A DNA stretch of 64,000 nucleotides, taken from Ferruginibacter sp. (lineage in GTDB: Bacteria > Bacteroidota > Bacteroidia > Chitinophagales > Chitinophagaceae). Both the position numbers and the translations under genes were made by a program. Positions 48,661-57,453 of the stretch are shown here, piece by piece. The stretch is taken from the NCBI GenBank assembly GCA_014379625.1, contig JACMLJ010000072.1, positions 15,184-79,183 on the forward strand. Direction: 5' to 3'. The notes beneath the pieces are model-generated. The model did not search any database and was not told the DNA's origin. It saw nothing but the letters and a program-made list of their open reading frames with translations. Each line of letters opens with the position of its first letter. The first letter of the stretch is position 1.

Positions 48661-49983
48661 ATGTTTACGTCTCTTAGTGAAAAATTAGAAAGCGCCTTTA
48701 AAAATATTAAAGGCGAAGGAAGAATATCTGAACTCAACATTGCCAACACGGTAAAAGATATTCGCCGGGCATTGGTAGATGCGGATGTTAACTACAAAAT
48801 TGCCAAAGAATTTACTGACACTATCAAAGAAAAAGCGCTTGGCGAAAAAGTGTTGACAGCAGTTAGTCCTGGCCAGTTGATGGTGAAGATCGTAAAGGAC
48901 CAGTTAACCGAACTGATGGGCGGAAGTGAAAGCGAATTTAATACCAGCGGCAATCCGGCTATTATTTTGATTGCAGGGTTGCAGGGTAGTGGTAAAACTA
49001 CTTTTAGCGCCAAATTGGCCAACTATCTGAAAACAAAAAAAGGGAAATCACCCTTGCTTGTTGCAGCCGATATTTACCGCCCCGCAGCGATCGATCAACT
49101 GGAGGTATTGGGCGGACAAATAGGAGTGGACGTGTTTAGCGAAAGAGACAATAAAGATGCCGTAAGCATTGTACAAAATGCTATCAGGGAAGCGAAGTCA
49201 AAAAATAAAAATGTCATCATTATTGATACTGCCGGGCGGTTAGCCGTAGACGAAGTGATGATGACCGAAGTCGCCAATATTAAAACGGCGGTAAATCCCC
49301 AGGAAATTTTATTTGTAGTAGACAGTATGACCGGCCAGGATGCAGTGAATACTGCCGCCGCATTTAATGAGCGGCTCGACTTTAGCGGTGTGGTACTAAC
49401 CAAATTAGATGGTGATACCCGGGGCGGCGCTGCATTGTCCATTAAATACACCGTAAAAAAACCGATTAAGTTTGCGAGCAGTGGTGAAAAGATGGATACC
49501 CTGGACGTATTTTACCCCGAAAGAATGGCACAACGTATACTCGGCATGGGTGATATCGTAAGCCTGGTAGAAAAAGCGCAGGAACAGTTTGATGCGGTAG
49601 AAGCCGCTAAACTGGAAAAAAAGATCCGTAAAAATCAATTTGATTTTGAAGATTTTAAAACACAGTTGCAGCAGATCAAAAAAATGGGCAACCTCAAAGA
49701 CCTGATGGGGATGATACCCGGCGTAGGTAAACAAATTAAGGATGTTGATATCAATGATGATGCTTTTAAAGGCATTGAAGCGATGATCAACTCCATGACT
49801 TTGCAGGAACGCCGCAACCCGGATATCATCAACCCTAACCGTAAATTACGCATCGCCGGTGGCAGCGGAAAAGATATTGCTGAATTAAACCAGTTTTTAA
49901 AACAATTTGAGCAAATGAAAGGAATGATGAAGATGATGAACAAAATGCCCATGGGTAAGGTGCCAGGAATGGGTAAACGATAA
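48661..49983 (+). CDS. ffh: signal recognition particle protein
   Basis: 440 aa with GLQGSGKTTF (P-loop), DTAGR, TKLDGD and a Met-rich M-domain tail. Confidence 0.95.
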   Translation: MFTSLSEKLESAFKNIKGEGRISELNIANTVKDIRRALVDADVNYKIAKEFTDTIKEKALGEKVLTAVSPGQLMVKIVKDQLTELMGGSESEFNTSGNPAIILIAGLQGSGKTTFSAKLANYLKTKKGKSPLLVAADIYRPAAIDQLEVLGGQIGVDVFSERDNKDAVSIVQNAIREAKSKNKNVIIIDTAGRLAVDEVMMTEVANIKTAVNPQEILFVVDSMTGQDAVNTAAAFNERLDFSGVVLTKLDGDTRGGAALSIKYTVKKPIKFASSGEKMDTLDVFYPERMAQRILGMGDIVSLVEKAQEQFDAVEAAKLEKKIRKNQFDFEDFKTQLQQIKKMGNLKDLMGMIPGVGKQIKDVDINDDAFKGIEAMINSMTLQERRNPDIINPNRKLRIAGGSGKDIAELNQFLKQFEQMKGMMKMMNKMPMGKVPGMGKR

Positions 49984-50296
49984 ATAATCTGTTTGTTGAT
50001 TACCACCCACTGCTTAAAGAAAATAGATATTATCGTCAGAACAGGCAATTTTTTAGTCATAACAGTTGAAATTGCGCCTAATTCAGCGCCAAATAATGAG
50101 TTTTTAAACTTCTCACTAAGCAATTGGGCCGAAAATGTTGAAGAAAATGCAGATTTTAAAGGTTTTTATCAAACGTTTATTAATTTAAACAAATGAATTT
50201 GGTTTGTGTAGACGAGCTTAGTATCTTCGCCTTCCTTTTTTAAGGAAGATCAAAGAAACCCTATTTATTAACAACCCAAAAAAATTTCTATTTTTT

Positions 50297-50788
50297 ATGG
50301 CTGTAAAGATGAGACTGCAACGACACGGGTCTAAAAAAAGACCCTTCTACTTCATCGTAGTAGCAGATGCCCGTAGCCCACGTGATGGCAAATTTATTCA
50401 GAAACTTGGTACGTACAATCCTTTGACTGTTCCTGCAACTGTGCAGATTGACAGGCAAAAGGCATTGGACTGGTTACACAAAGGTGCTCAGCCAACTGAC
50501 ACCGTACGCCGTATCCTTTCCTTTAAAGGTGTATTATTCCTGAAGCATTTGTTGAGAGGTGTAAGCTTAGGCTTGTTTGATGAAGCTGTTGCAATGCAAA
50601 AGTTTACTACATGGAGTGCTGAGCACGATGCGCATGTTGCAAAACGCCAGGGAGCCCATAAAAAGGCTCGTTCGGATAGCCGTAACCAACCGGTGGTTCG
50701 TAAAGTGGCTGAAGCACCTGCAGCAGTAGCTGTCGAAGCTAAAGCTCCTGTAGAAGCGCAAACTGAAGAAACTAAAACAGAAGAATAA
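50297..50788 (+). CDS. rpsP: 30S ribosomal protein S16 (with A/E/K-rich C-terminal extension)
   Basis: [40 protein letters not shown] is canonical S16. About 80 extra C-terminal residues follow. Confidence 0.95.
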   Translation: MAVKMRLQRHGSKKRPFYFIVVADARSPRDGKFIQKLGTYNPLTVPATVQIDRQKALDWLHKGAQPTDTVRRILSFKGVLFLKHLLRGVSLGLFDEAVAMQKFTTWSAEHDAHVAKRQGAHKKARSDSRNQPVVRKVAEAPAAVAVEAKAPVEAQTEETKTEE

Positions 50789-50812
50789 ACACCTCTGTTC
50801 CGTTAATTCTTT

Positions 50813-50847
50813 AAGCAATTTCGATTATTCGGAATTGCTTTTTTTAT
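50813..50847 (+). terminator. strong rho-independent terminator after rpsP
   Basis: An 11-bp stem AAGCAATTTCG/CGGAATTGCTT (one G-T pair) with a 6-nt loop, followed by T5. Confidence 0.8.
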
Positions 50848-50957
50848 GTCCGGGCAAAGAAGAGCAATGGTCATCATCGTTGTGTCACTCCCGTGTACTG
50901 CATACCAATGAGCAGCTTTCATTACGTTTTATTGTAAAGAATTGTAGCTGTTCTTCA

Positions 50958-51005
50958 ATTAGCACATTAGCACATCAGCAAATTAGCAAATTAACACATT
51001 AGCAC
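50958..51005 (+). repeat. six tandem octamers (ATTAGCAC-like) just upstream of rimM
   Basis: ATTAGCAC ATTAGCAC ATCAGCAA ATTAGCAA ATTAACAC ATTAGCAC. The array ends 13 nt before ATG 51019. Confidence 0.9.
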
Positions 51006-51018
51006 TACCTTGCAGCCA

Positions 51019-51534
51019 ATGAGTCAATATTTTAAAATAGGAAAGCTAGCTGCCAGCTTTGGCCTGAAAGGTGAGCTGGTATTGCAACACAGCCTCGGCG
51101 CAAAAACTAGTTTAAGGGGCCTTGAAACGATCTTCCTTGAGGAAAGGAAGGATAATTTTATGCCATATTTTATTGCCACCACTACTATAAAAAACGATTC
51201 GGAGGTCTACATAAAATTGGAAGGCATCGATTCAAAAGAGACGGCCCGCAAACTAACCCCCAAAGAAGTGTGGATCGCCGAAGAGGATTTTAAAAAATTT
51301 GCTGCAAAAGCGGCACCTATTTCCATGCTGGGATTTCATTTGATCAATGAAGACGAAGACCTGGGGGAAATTATTGAAGTAATAGAACAACCCCATCAGA
51401 TTTTATGCGCCATCCTATTAGATGGTAAAGAAGCCCTAATCCCCATACACGGCGAATCGCTGGATAAAATTGATCAAAAAAGCCGTAAAGTATTTGTGAC
51501 TTTGCCCGATGGCTTATTGGATATTTATAGATGA
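51019..51534 (+). CDS. rimM: 16S rRNA processing protein RimM
   Basis: The ORF track starts at TTG 51010, but ATG 51019 is preferred. YFKIGKLAASFGLKGELVL.. is a typical RimM N-terminus. Confidence 0.85.
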   Translation: MSQYFKIGKLAASFGLKGELVLQHSLGAKTSLRGLETIFLEERKDNFMPYFIATTTIKNDSEVYIKLEGIDSKETARKLTPKEVWIAEEDFKKFAAKAAPISMLGFHLINEDEDLGEIIEVIEQPHQILCAILLDGKEALIPIHGESLDKIDQKSRKVFVTLPDGLLDIYR

Positions 51535-51557
51535 TCATATTTTTGTAAATTAGTAAA

Positions 51558-52706
51558 GTGAACAAAAACCCCCAACGCATCATCGCCCACTTCGACCTCG
51601 ATTCATTTTTTGTATCGGTAGAGGTGTTGAATGATCCTACCTTAAAAGGCAAGCCGGTTTTTGTAGGCGGCAGCGAAAGGGGAGTGGTAGCGGCCTGTAG
51701 CTACGAGGCAAGGAAATTTGGTATTCATTCCGGCATGCCTTCCAAACAAGCTTTATTGCTTTGTCCCCACGCCATTGTAGTAAAAGGCACCCGCGGCGAG
51801 TACAGCCGCTATTCCCGCTGGGTTACACAGATCATTGCATCAAAAGCCCCCTTGTTTGAAAAAGCCTCCATAGATGAATTTTACCTTGACCTTACAGGCA
51901 TGGATAAATTTTTTAACCCAATGCAATGGACAATTGATTTGCGCCAGCAAATCATTGATGAAACAAAATTGCCCATATCATTTGGAATGGGTAGCAATAA
52001 AATGATTGCCAAAATCGCCACCGGTGAAGCCAAGCCCAATGGTTACCTGCAAGTGCCGCCAGGAAAAGAAAGGGAATTCCTGGCACCAATGGCAGTGAAT
52101 AAAATACCCGGTGTGGGCGATCACACGTACGAAGTATTAAAGGCAATGGGTATCTGGACCATCAATGATATTAACAGCAGATCCAAAGAAGAACTGGAAG
52201 AAAGACTCGGTAAATGGGGGGTGGATCTATGGCACAAGAGCTTTGGCTTGCATACAGGCGAAGTATCTCAATACCATGAAGCTAAATCCATTTCTTCTGA
52301 AAACACCTTTGATGAAAATAAAACCGACATGAATTTTCTAATGGCTGAAGTGGTCCGTCTTTCTGAAAAAATTGCCTTCGAATTAAGGCAGGACGGCAAG
52401 GTGGCAGGTTGTATCGCTGTAAAAATCCGCTATCCTGATTTTGAAACCACTTCCCGGCAAACCACTGTTCCTTTTACATGCGCAGATGATGAAATTATTC
52501 CGGTTGCAAAAGACCTTTTTCACAAATTATATAAAAAGGGCAAACCTATACGCCTGCTAGGGGTTCGCCTAAGTGAGCTCACCAACGAAGCAATACAAAC
52601 CAACTTGTTTGATGACTCAACAAGAAAAAATGATTTGTACAAAGCCATCGACGATGTTAAAAACAGGTTTGGCAAGTACAAGTTAAAAAGAGCCTCTTCT
52701 AATTGA
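51558..52706 (+). CDS. dinB: DNA polymerase IV
   Basis: 382 aa with a GTG start. Motifs are IAHFDLDSFFVSVE, ASIDEFYLD and KMIAKIA, typical of Y-family polymerases. Confidence 0.9.
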   Translation: MNKNPQRIIAHFDLDSFFVSVEVLNDPTLKGKPVFVGGSERGVVAACSYEARKFGIHSGMPSKQALLLCPHAIVVKGTRGEYSRYSRWVTQIIASKAPLFEKASIDEFYLDLTGMDKFFNPMQWTIDLRQQIIDETKLPISFGMGSNKMIAKIATGEAKPNGYLQVPPGKEREFLAPMAVNKIPGVGDHTYEVLKAMGIWTINDINSRSKEELEERLGKWGVDLWHKSFGLHTGEVSQYHEAKSISSENTFDENKTDMNFLMAEVVRLSEKIAFELRQDGKVAGCIAVKIRYPDFETTSRQTTVPFTCADDEIIPVAKDLFHKLYKKGKPIRLLGVRLSELTNEAIQTNLFDDSTRKNDLYKAIDDVKNRFGKYKLKRASSN

Positions 52707-52770
52707 AGGGGGAAGGTGGAAGGTGGAAGGTTGATGGTTGAAAGGTAATGATTGAAGGTCGAGGTTGATT
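52705..52770. repeat. GGAAGGT x3 / GGTTGA-type microsatellite abutting the dinB stop codon
   Basis: GGAAGGT occurs at 52711-17, 52718-24 and 52725-31, followed by TGATGGTTGAAAGG..GAGGTTGATT. It belongs to the same family as 2386-2427 and 61731-61803. Confidence 0.85.
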
Positions 52771-52926
52771 CGAAATTGTAAACTGGTACGGCCGATCAAA
52801 ATCATGTAAATCATTTAATCACAAAAATCCTGGGTCAGACAAAATGGTTGAGATACTGTTTAAACTACTTTCCAATTTATTATTGTACTTGCAACCTTCC
52901 CAGTCTCCCGTCTAAGTACTAACCCC

Positions 52927-53337
52927 TCACCCATCAATCAATTCTGCCAAAGTCTTCTTCTCTAATATTTTTAATGTAGCATCCCTGGTCTGAAGCATTG
53001 CCTTATTTAAACCACAAACAGATTCATCGCAATCTTCACATTTTTCATAAAAATTCAGGCTAACACACGGTAACAGTGCAATGGGGCCACCAACCAATCG
53101 AATGGCATGTGCAAGCGAAGTTTTTTTAGGAGATTCAATAAGATAATAACCTCCGCCTTTTCCTTTTTTACTGTCTAAAACATTTTTTTGTTTCAGTTCC
53201 AGCAATATGGTTTCCAAAAATTTGATAGGGATCTTTTTTTTCGCGGCAATTTCTGAAATAAGTACCGGTCCCTGGCCGTATTTGCCGGCAAGGTATCCCA
53301 GCGCTTTGAGGGCATATTGTGTTTTTTTGGATAGCAT
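52927..53337 (-). CDS. Rrf2-family transcriptional regulator (three-Cys cluster type)
   Basis: 136 aa. It has the N-terminus MLSKKTQYALKALGYLA and a Cys cluster C..(9)..C..C....C (CVSLNFYEKCEDCDESVC). Confidence 0.85.
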   Translation of the reverse strand: MLSKKTQYALKALGYLAGKYGQGPVLISEIAAKKKIPIKFLETILLELKQKNVLDSKKGKGGGYYLIESPKKTSLAHAIRLVGGPIALLPCVSLNFYEKCEDCDESVCGLNKAMLQTRDATLKILEKKTLAELIDG

Positions 53338-53378
53338 TCAAGAAAGTTAAACTAAAAATAAAAATAAAGACAAAATTA

Positions 53379-53399
53379 AGTCTATATAATCAATAGACT
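53379..53399. promoter_or_regulatory. candidate operator: AGTCTAT-N7-ATAGACT inverted repeat
   Basis: A perfect 7-bp inverted repeat with a 7-nt spacer lies in the divergent Rrf2/peroxiredoxin intergenic region, immediately upstream of the -7 box. Confidence 0.45.
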
Positions 53400-53401
53400 A
53401 T

Positions 53402-53409
53402 TATATTTG
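53402..53409 (+). promoter_or_regulatory. candidate -7 box (TATATTTG) of the peroxiredoxin gene
   Basis: Matches the Bacteroidota TAnnTTTG consensus, 20 nt upstream of ATG 53429. Confidence 0.45.
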
Positions 53410-53428
53410 CGGTATAAAAATTAAAATT

Positions 53429-54067
53429 ATGAGCCTACGATTAGGGGACATCGCTCCCAACTTTACAGCACAAACCTCCATAGGGGAAATTGATTTTTAC
53501 CAATATTTAGGGGATTCATGGGGCATTTTGTTTTCCCATCCTGCTGATTATACACCAGTATGTACTACTGAGTTAGGTAAAACCGCAGCGTTGAAGGATG
53601 AATTTGAAAAGCGAAAGGTAAAAGTTTTGGCTTTAAGCGTTGACCCGGTTGATAAACATCTTGGCTGGATCAGCGATATCAACGAAACCCAGAACTGCTC
53701 TGTAGATTTCCCGATTATTGCAGATGAAAACCGCAAGGTTTCTGAACTATATGATTTCATTCACCCAAATGCATCAGCTACCGCTACTGTTCGGTCACTG
53801 GTAATTATTGGCCCTGACAAAGCTGTAAAACTGATCATAACTTACCCCGCATCTACGGGAAGAAATTTTGTGGAAGTATTAAGGGTAATTGATTCTTTGC
53901 AATTAACTGCGAATTATAGTGTAGCTACTCCTGCCAACTGGAAACACGGTGAAAATGTAATTGTAGTACCTTCCGTTAGCACTGAAGATGCTATTAAGAA
54001 ATTTCCTAAAGGTGTCGAAATTGTAAAGCCATATTTACGTTACACACCACAGCCTGATCTTGATTAA
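53429..54067 (+). CDS. 1-Cys peroxiredoxin (Prx6-like)
   Basis: 212 aa. FSHPADYTPVCTTELG is the peroxidatic Cys motif. Confidence 0.9.
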   Translation: MSLRLGDIAPNFTAQTSIGEIDFYQYLGDSWGILFSHPADYTPVCTTELGKTAALKDEFEKRKVKVLALSVDPVDKHLGWISDINETQNCSVDFPIIADENRKVSELYDFIHPNASATATVRSLVIIGPDKAVKLIITYPASTGRNFVEVLRVIDSLQLTANYSVATPANWKHGENVIVVPSVSTEDAIKKFPKGVEIVKPYLRYTPQPDLD

Positions 54068-54075
54068 TATTTTTT

Positions 54076-54113
54076 ATAAAGTTTACACCTTTTGCAAAAG
54101 GTGTAAACTTTAT
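54076..54113. terminator. 38-nt perfect palindrome between convergent prx and rluA-like genes
   Basis: ATAAAGTTTACACCTTTTGCAAAAGGTGTAAACTTTAT. It starts 9 nt after the prx stop and ends 2 nt before the rluA-like stop. Confidence 0.6.
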
Positions 54114-54114
54114 C

Positions 54115-54888
54115 TTAATTGTATAAGTTCTTCTTCAGTTGTTCTATCAGCGCCCTGATATCTTTGGGCATTTCAGCCACCAGGTCAAAAGCGTCGCCTG
54201 CTGAATCGTTAAATTTCAACTGGCACGAATGCAATGCCACCCGGTTCAACATCGGCCTTTCCTCCATATCATGCTTGCTTAATTTATATTTCTTTTTGAT
54301 AGACGAAAGCAAAACTGGTTTACCATCGCCATACAGCGGATCACAAACAATCGGATGCCCGATGTTTTTACAATGAACCCTTATCTGGTGAGTACGCCCC
54401 GTATGAATTTGAAATTTCACTAGGCTGTATTTACCCAATTCTTCCATTACTTCATAATCAGTTAAAGATGGTTTGCCTTTTGAATTGATCACCATCTGGC
54501 CTTTAAATACCGGATGCTCCATAATGGCCCCGTCCATACTACCGGTCTTTTCGGGCATTGATCCGTGGACCAACCCCATGTAAAATTTTTCCACTGTCCT
54601 TTCTTCAAACTGTTTGGAAAAGTATTTATGGGTAGCCTCATCTTTCGCAAAAAGGATAATGCCGCTGGTTTCCCTGTCGAGGCGGTGAATGGTAACTATG
54701 TTGCCATATTTTTCCAGCAACATATCTTTTAAGGAAGGCTCGGATTGAATGCGGTCAGGGATTGATAATACACCGGCTGGTTTATTCAGCACAATAAACT
54801 GATCGTTCTCGAAAACGGTCACAACGCTAGCCAAAATTTTATTGGAAGCACGTGCCGGCTTATTGTTGTTGTTTGGTTCAGTCGTCAT
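54115..54888 (-). CDS. RluA-family pseudouridine synthase
   Basis: The ORF track gives 54115..54939, but ATG 54888 (MTTEPNNNNK) is preferred. Motifs are HRLDRETSGIILFAK and HQIRVH. Confidence 0.85.
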   Translation of the reverse strand: MTTEPNNNNKPARASNKILASVVTVFENDQFIVLNKPAGVLSIPDRIQSEPSLKDMLLEKYGNIVTIHRLDRETSGIILFAKDEATHKYFSKQFEERTVEKFYMGLVHGSMPEKTGSMDGAIMEHPVFKGQMVINSKGKPSLTDYEVMEELGKYSLVKFQIHTGRTHQIRVHCKNIGHPIVCDPLYGDGKPVLLSSIKKKYKLSKHDMEERPMLNRVALHSCQLKFNDSAGDAFDLVAEMPKDIRALIEQLKKNLYN

Positions 54889-56017
54889 TTGCTTTCCCTT
54901 GCGGTGTTTTAGTGGGTTGTACTTTTTTGTGCGAAGCATTCAGGTATTTCAATAAGCGTATTTCTTTTTCACTTAAAAAACGCCACTTACCTCTTTCCAC
55001 ATTTTTCTTGGTTAGCGTGGCATACATTACACGGTCCAGCCCCTTTACATCATACCCAAGGTGCTCGAAAATGCGGCGTACAATTCGATTGCGGCCGCTA
55101 TGTATTTCAATGCCAATGACAGATTTATCTTTTGCATCCGCATAAGCCAGGGAATCGGCTTTTATTTCACCATCTTCCAACTGTACGCCATTTAAGATCT
55201 TATCAAAATCTGCCTTGGTAAGGGATTTGTCCAGCCTGGCCTCGTACACTTTGGTAATGTTATAACTCGGGTGAGATAATTTCTGCGTTAGTTCGCCGTC
55301 ATTGGTAAGCAATAACACGCCGGACGTATTTCTATCCAGCCTTCCAACGGGGTAGATCCTTTCTGTAGTAGCCATTTTAGTCAATTGCAATACAGTTTTT
55401 CTGCCTTGCGGATCGTCGGTGGTGGTAATGTAATCTTTGGGTTTGTTGAGTAAAATATATACCAGGTTTTTGCTTACAAATAATTTTTTGCCATTGAATT
55501 GAACATCATCCCTTTCAGTTACTTTAGTTGCCGGTTCCTTCACCACTTCACCATTCACTTTCACTTTACCTTCTTTGATAATGGTAACCGCATCCCTTCT
55601 GCTGCATACGCCGCAATGCGCTACAAATTTATTTAAAGGCATTTCAGCAGTTACGGGTGAGGATGGCCTTACAATTTTTTGTACAGGTTTAGGAGGAGCG
55701 GGGGCAAATTCTTTTTTGATACCAACAATTTCCTGTACCTGCTCAAAATTGTTTTCAATCGTTCTCACTTTATCTTCTTTCCTCGAAGCACCTGGGCTCC
55801 CTCTCTTTTGAAGAGGGCGGGGGGTGAGGTCGGGTTTTGTCACTGGTTGGTTCTCTGCATTCCTTGCGGCAGCTTTCAACTGGCGTTTTTCTTCAAAACG
55901 CTTATCAATAGCAATTGCACGTGCTTTTTTTGCTTTCTTTTTTGCTTGCTTAAATTCTTCTTTGATTAAACTGTTCTTCTTTTTGGGAACAAATTTCTGG
56001 AATGGCACCTGGCTCAT
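54878..56017 (-). CDS. RsuA/RluB-family pseudouridine synthase with ~135-aa Lys-rich N-terminal extension
   Basis: 379 aa. It has an S4 region (LNKFVAHCGVCSRRDA), GRLDRNTSGVLLLTNDG, and a K/A/P-rich low-complexity N-terminus. Confidence 0.85.
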   Translation of the reverse strand: MSQVPFQKFVPKKKNSLIKEEFKQAKKKAKKARAIAIDKRFEEKRQLKAAARNAENQPVTKPDLTPRPLQKRGSPGASRKEDKVRTIENNFEQVQEIVGIKKEFAPAPPKPVQKIVRPSSPVTAEMPLNKFVAHCGVCSRRDAVTIIKEGKVKVNGEVVKEPATKVTERDDVQFNGKKLFVSKNLVYILLNKPKDYITTTDDPQGRKTVLQLTKMATTERIYPVGRLDRNTSGVLLLTNDGELTQKLSHPSYNITKVYEARLDKSLTKADFDKILNGVQLEDGEIKADSLAYADAKDKSVIGIEIHSGRNRIVRRIFEHLGYDVKGLDRVMYATLTKKNVERGKWRFLSEKEIRLLKYLNASHKKVQPTKTPQGKANDD

Positions 56018-56361
56018 TGTTGTAGTGGTTTACTGTTATTGCAACAGGGGTGAGCGGCGAAGGTAAGAATAATTTAGCGTGGAAGGCTGCGACCAATGGC
56101 TACCGCACCGGCCTCGCCCATATAAAACGAACGTAGGGATTTCATTTCAACGCTACCAATTCATCTTTTTTGCCCCTTTGATGGCGATTTTATTTTTTTT
56201 GTCCGGGCTGAGAAGCATTGACAAACATCGTTGCGTCGCACTCTTGTGCCACATACCAGTTGGCAACTTTTTTACGTGATAAATTACCCATCCGCGAAAA
56301 CACCGTCAACGGTTATAACAAGACGAGGTTGATATAAAATTCAGGTAAAATTTAAAGTAAT

Positions 56362-56400
56362 TACAAAAAGAAAGCGGCAAACCAATCAGGCCGCCGCTTT
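56362..56400 (-). terminator. rho-independent terminator after the Spy/CpxP-like gene
   Basis: AAAGCGGC (56371-78) pairs with GCCGCTTT (56393-400). On the minus strand it is followed by CTTTTTG. Confidence 0.7.
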
Positions 56401-56421
56401 TAGCGTTAGGGATTTATCGGG

Positions 56422-57042
56422 TTACTTTTTGCCCTCTTTATTCTTGTGGGCTTTTTTTCTTTCTTTCATTGTTTTCAACTGCTCAGGTGTCAAAAGCTGC
56501 TTCATACTTTCTTTTTGTGCCTGTTTCAATGCCATCAATTGGCTCTTCTTTTCTGTTTCGCTCAATTGGGCGTTGTCTTTAATAGCCTGGGCTTTTGTCT
56601 TGTTGGCTTCCCGATTGGCTTTTAACATACTCATTTGCTCATCCGATAGATTTAATTCAGCCTTCATTTGCTCGGGATTTTTTCCCTTATTCATCTTGTG
56701 TTTTCCTTTCCCGTTCACGTTATTTTGGGTCAACTGGGTTTTTTGTTCTGGTGTCAGCAAACTTTCCATTTGCTCTTTTTGTGATTTCAGTATGGCTGCT
56801 TTGCGGGTATTGTATTCTTTAACTGTTATTGATTCATCTTTTTTGAGTTCTGCCATTTGGTTCTTGGTATTTTCCCTGTTAGCTTTCATTTGCTCTTTTT
56901 GGGCTTTACTAAGATCAAGCTGTTTTACCATGTTTTCTTTTTCATGTTGAGCTTTGGCAGGTTTCACCTTCCTGGTTTCCTGTGCAGTTGCGGAGAAAAT
57001 AAATGAGGCAACTGCCATCATTCCAATCAGTATTTTTTTCAT
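56422..57042 (-). CDS. secreted Spy/CpxP-like (LTxxQ-repeat) protein
   Basis: 206 aa with a signal peptide. It is K/E/Q-rich and helical, with repeated L(T/S)xxQ motifs (DLSKAQ, LLTPEQ x2, NLSDEQ). Confidence 0.65.
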   Translation of the reverse strand: MKKILIGMMAVASFIFSATAQETRKVKPAKAQHEKENMVKQLDLSKAQKEQMKANRENTKNQMAELKKDESITVKEYNTRKAAILKSQKEQMESLLTPEQKTQLTQNNVNGKGKHKMNKGKNPEQMKAELNLSDEQMSMLKANREANKTKAQAIKDNAQLSETEKKSQLMALKQAQKESMKQLLTPEQLKTMKERKKAHKNKEGKK

Positions 57043-57257
57043 AATCTATTTTTTTTATTTTATACAGGTAATAGACTGGGAACGGTTAGCGGGGTTTAAA
57101 CGGCCTTCATAAAAAAAAGTTAAAGGAAAAGTAGGCGTAAAAAAGAAGCTTACTAAAAACTGCCAGGCATTAGTGAAAACGGAATACTGTAAATGACTCA
57201 CTTTATAATCCATCAAATTAGTTGAAACAAACATTCACCCTGTAAATTTTATTTTTC

Positions 57258-57452
57258 ATGCTTACAATTACCCCTCAATACATTATTGATACCGCTGGTA
57301 AGAAGCTGGTCGTCCTTCCCCTGGATGAGTTTAATTCACTGATGGAAGAATTGGAGGAACAGGAAGATTTACAGCTGTATGACGAACCGAAAAGGGAGGA
57401 CGATGGAACAAGGATTTTATTGTCCGATTACTTAAAAAATCGTAACCCATAA
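57258..57452 (+). CDS. type II antitoxin (Phd/YefM- or RelB-like, small acidic)
   Basis: 64 aa with an acidic C-terminus. Its stop codon lies 1 nt before the start of a RelE/ParE-like reading frame. Confidence 0.6.
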   Translation: MLTITPQYIIDTAGKKLVVLPLDEFNSLMEELEEQEDLQLYDEPKREDDGTRILLSDYLKNRNP

Positions 57453-57453
57453 A

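Noticed and set aside
56079-56291. 66-aa + ORF and a 33-aa minus ORF (56190..56291, MGNLSRKKVANWYV...) in the 400-bp gap upstream of the RluB-like gene.
   Set aside because: They are too short, no motifs are recognised, and an A8 run ends the small ORF. I cannot distinguish them from chance.
56429-56950. 173-aa + strand ORF opposite the Spy/CpxP-like gene.
   Set aside because: It is a mirror of a K/E/Q-rich low-complexity gene, giving an F/S/L/C-rich product. The minus-strand frame has a signal peptide, LTxxQ motifs and its own terminator.
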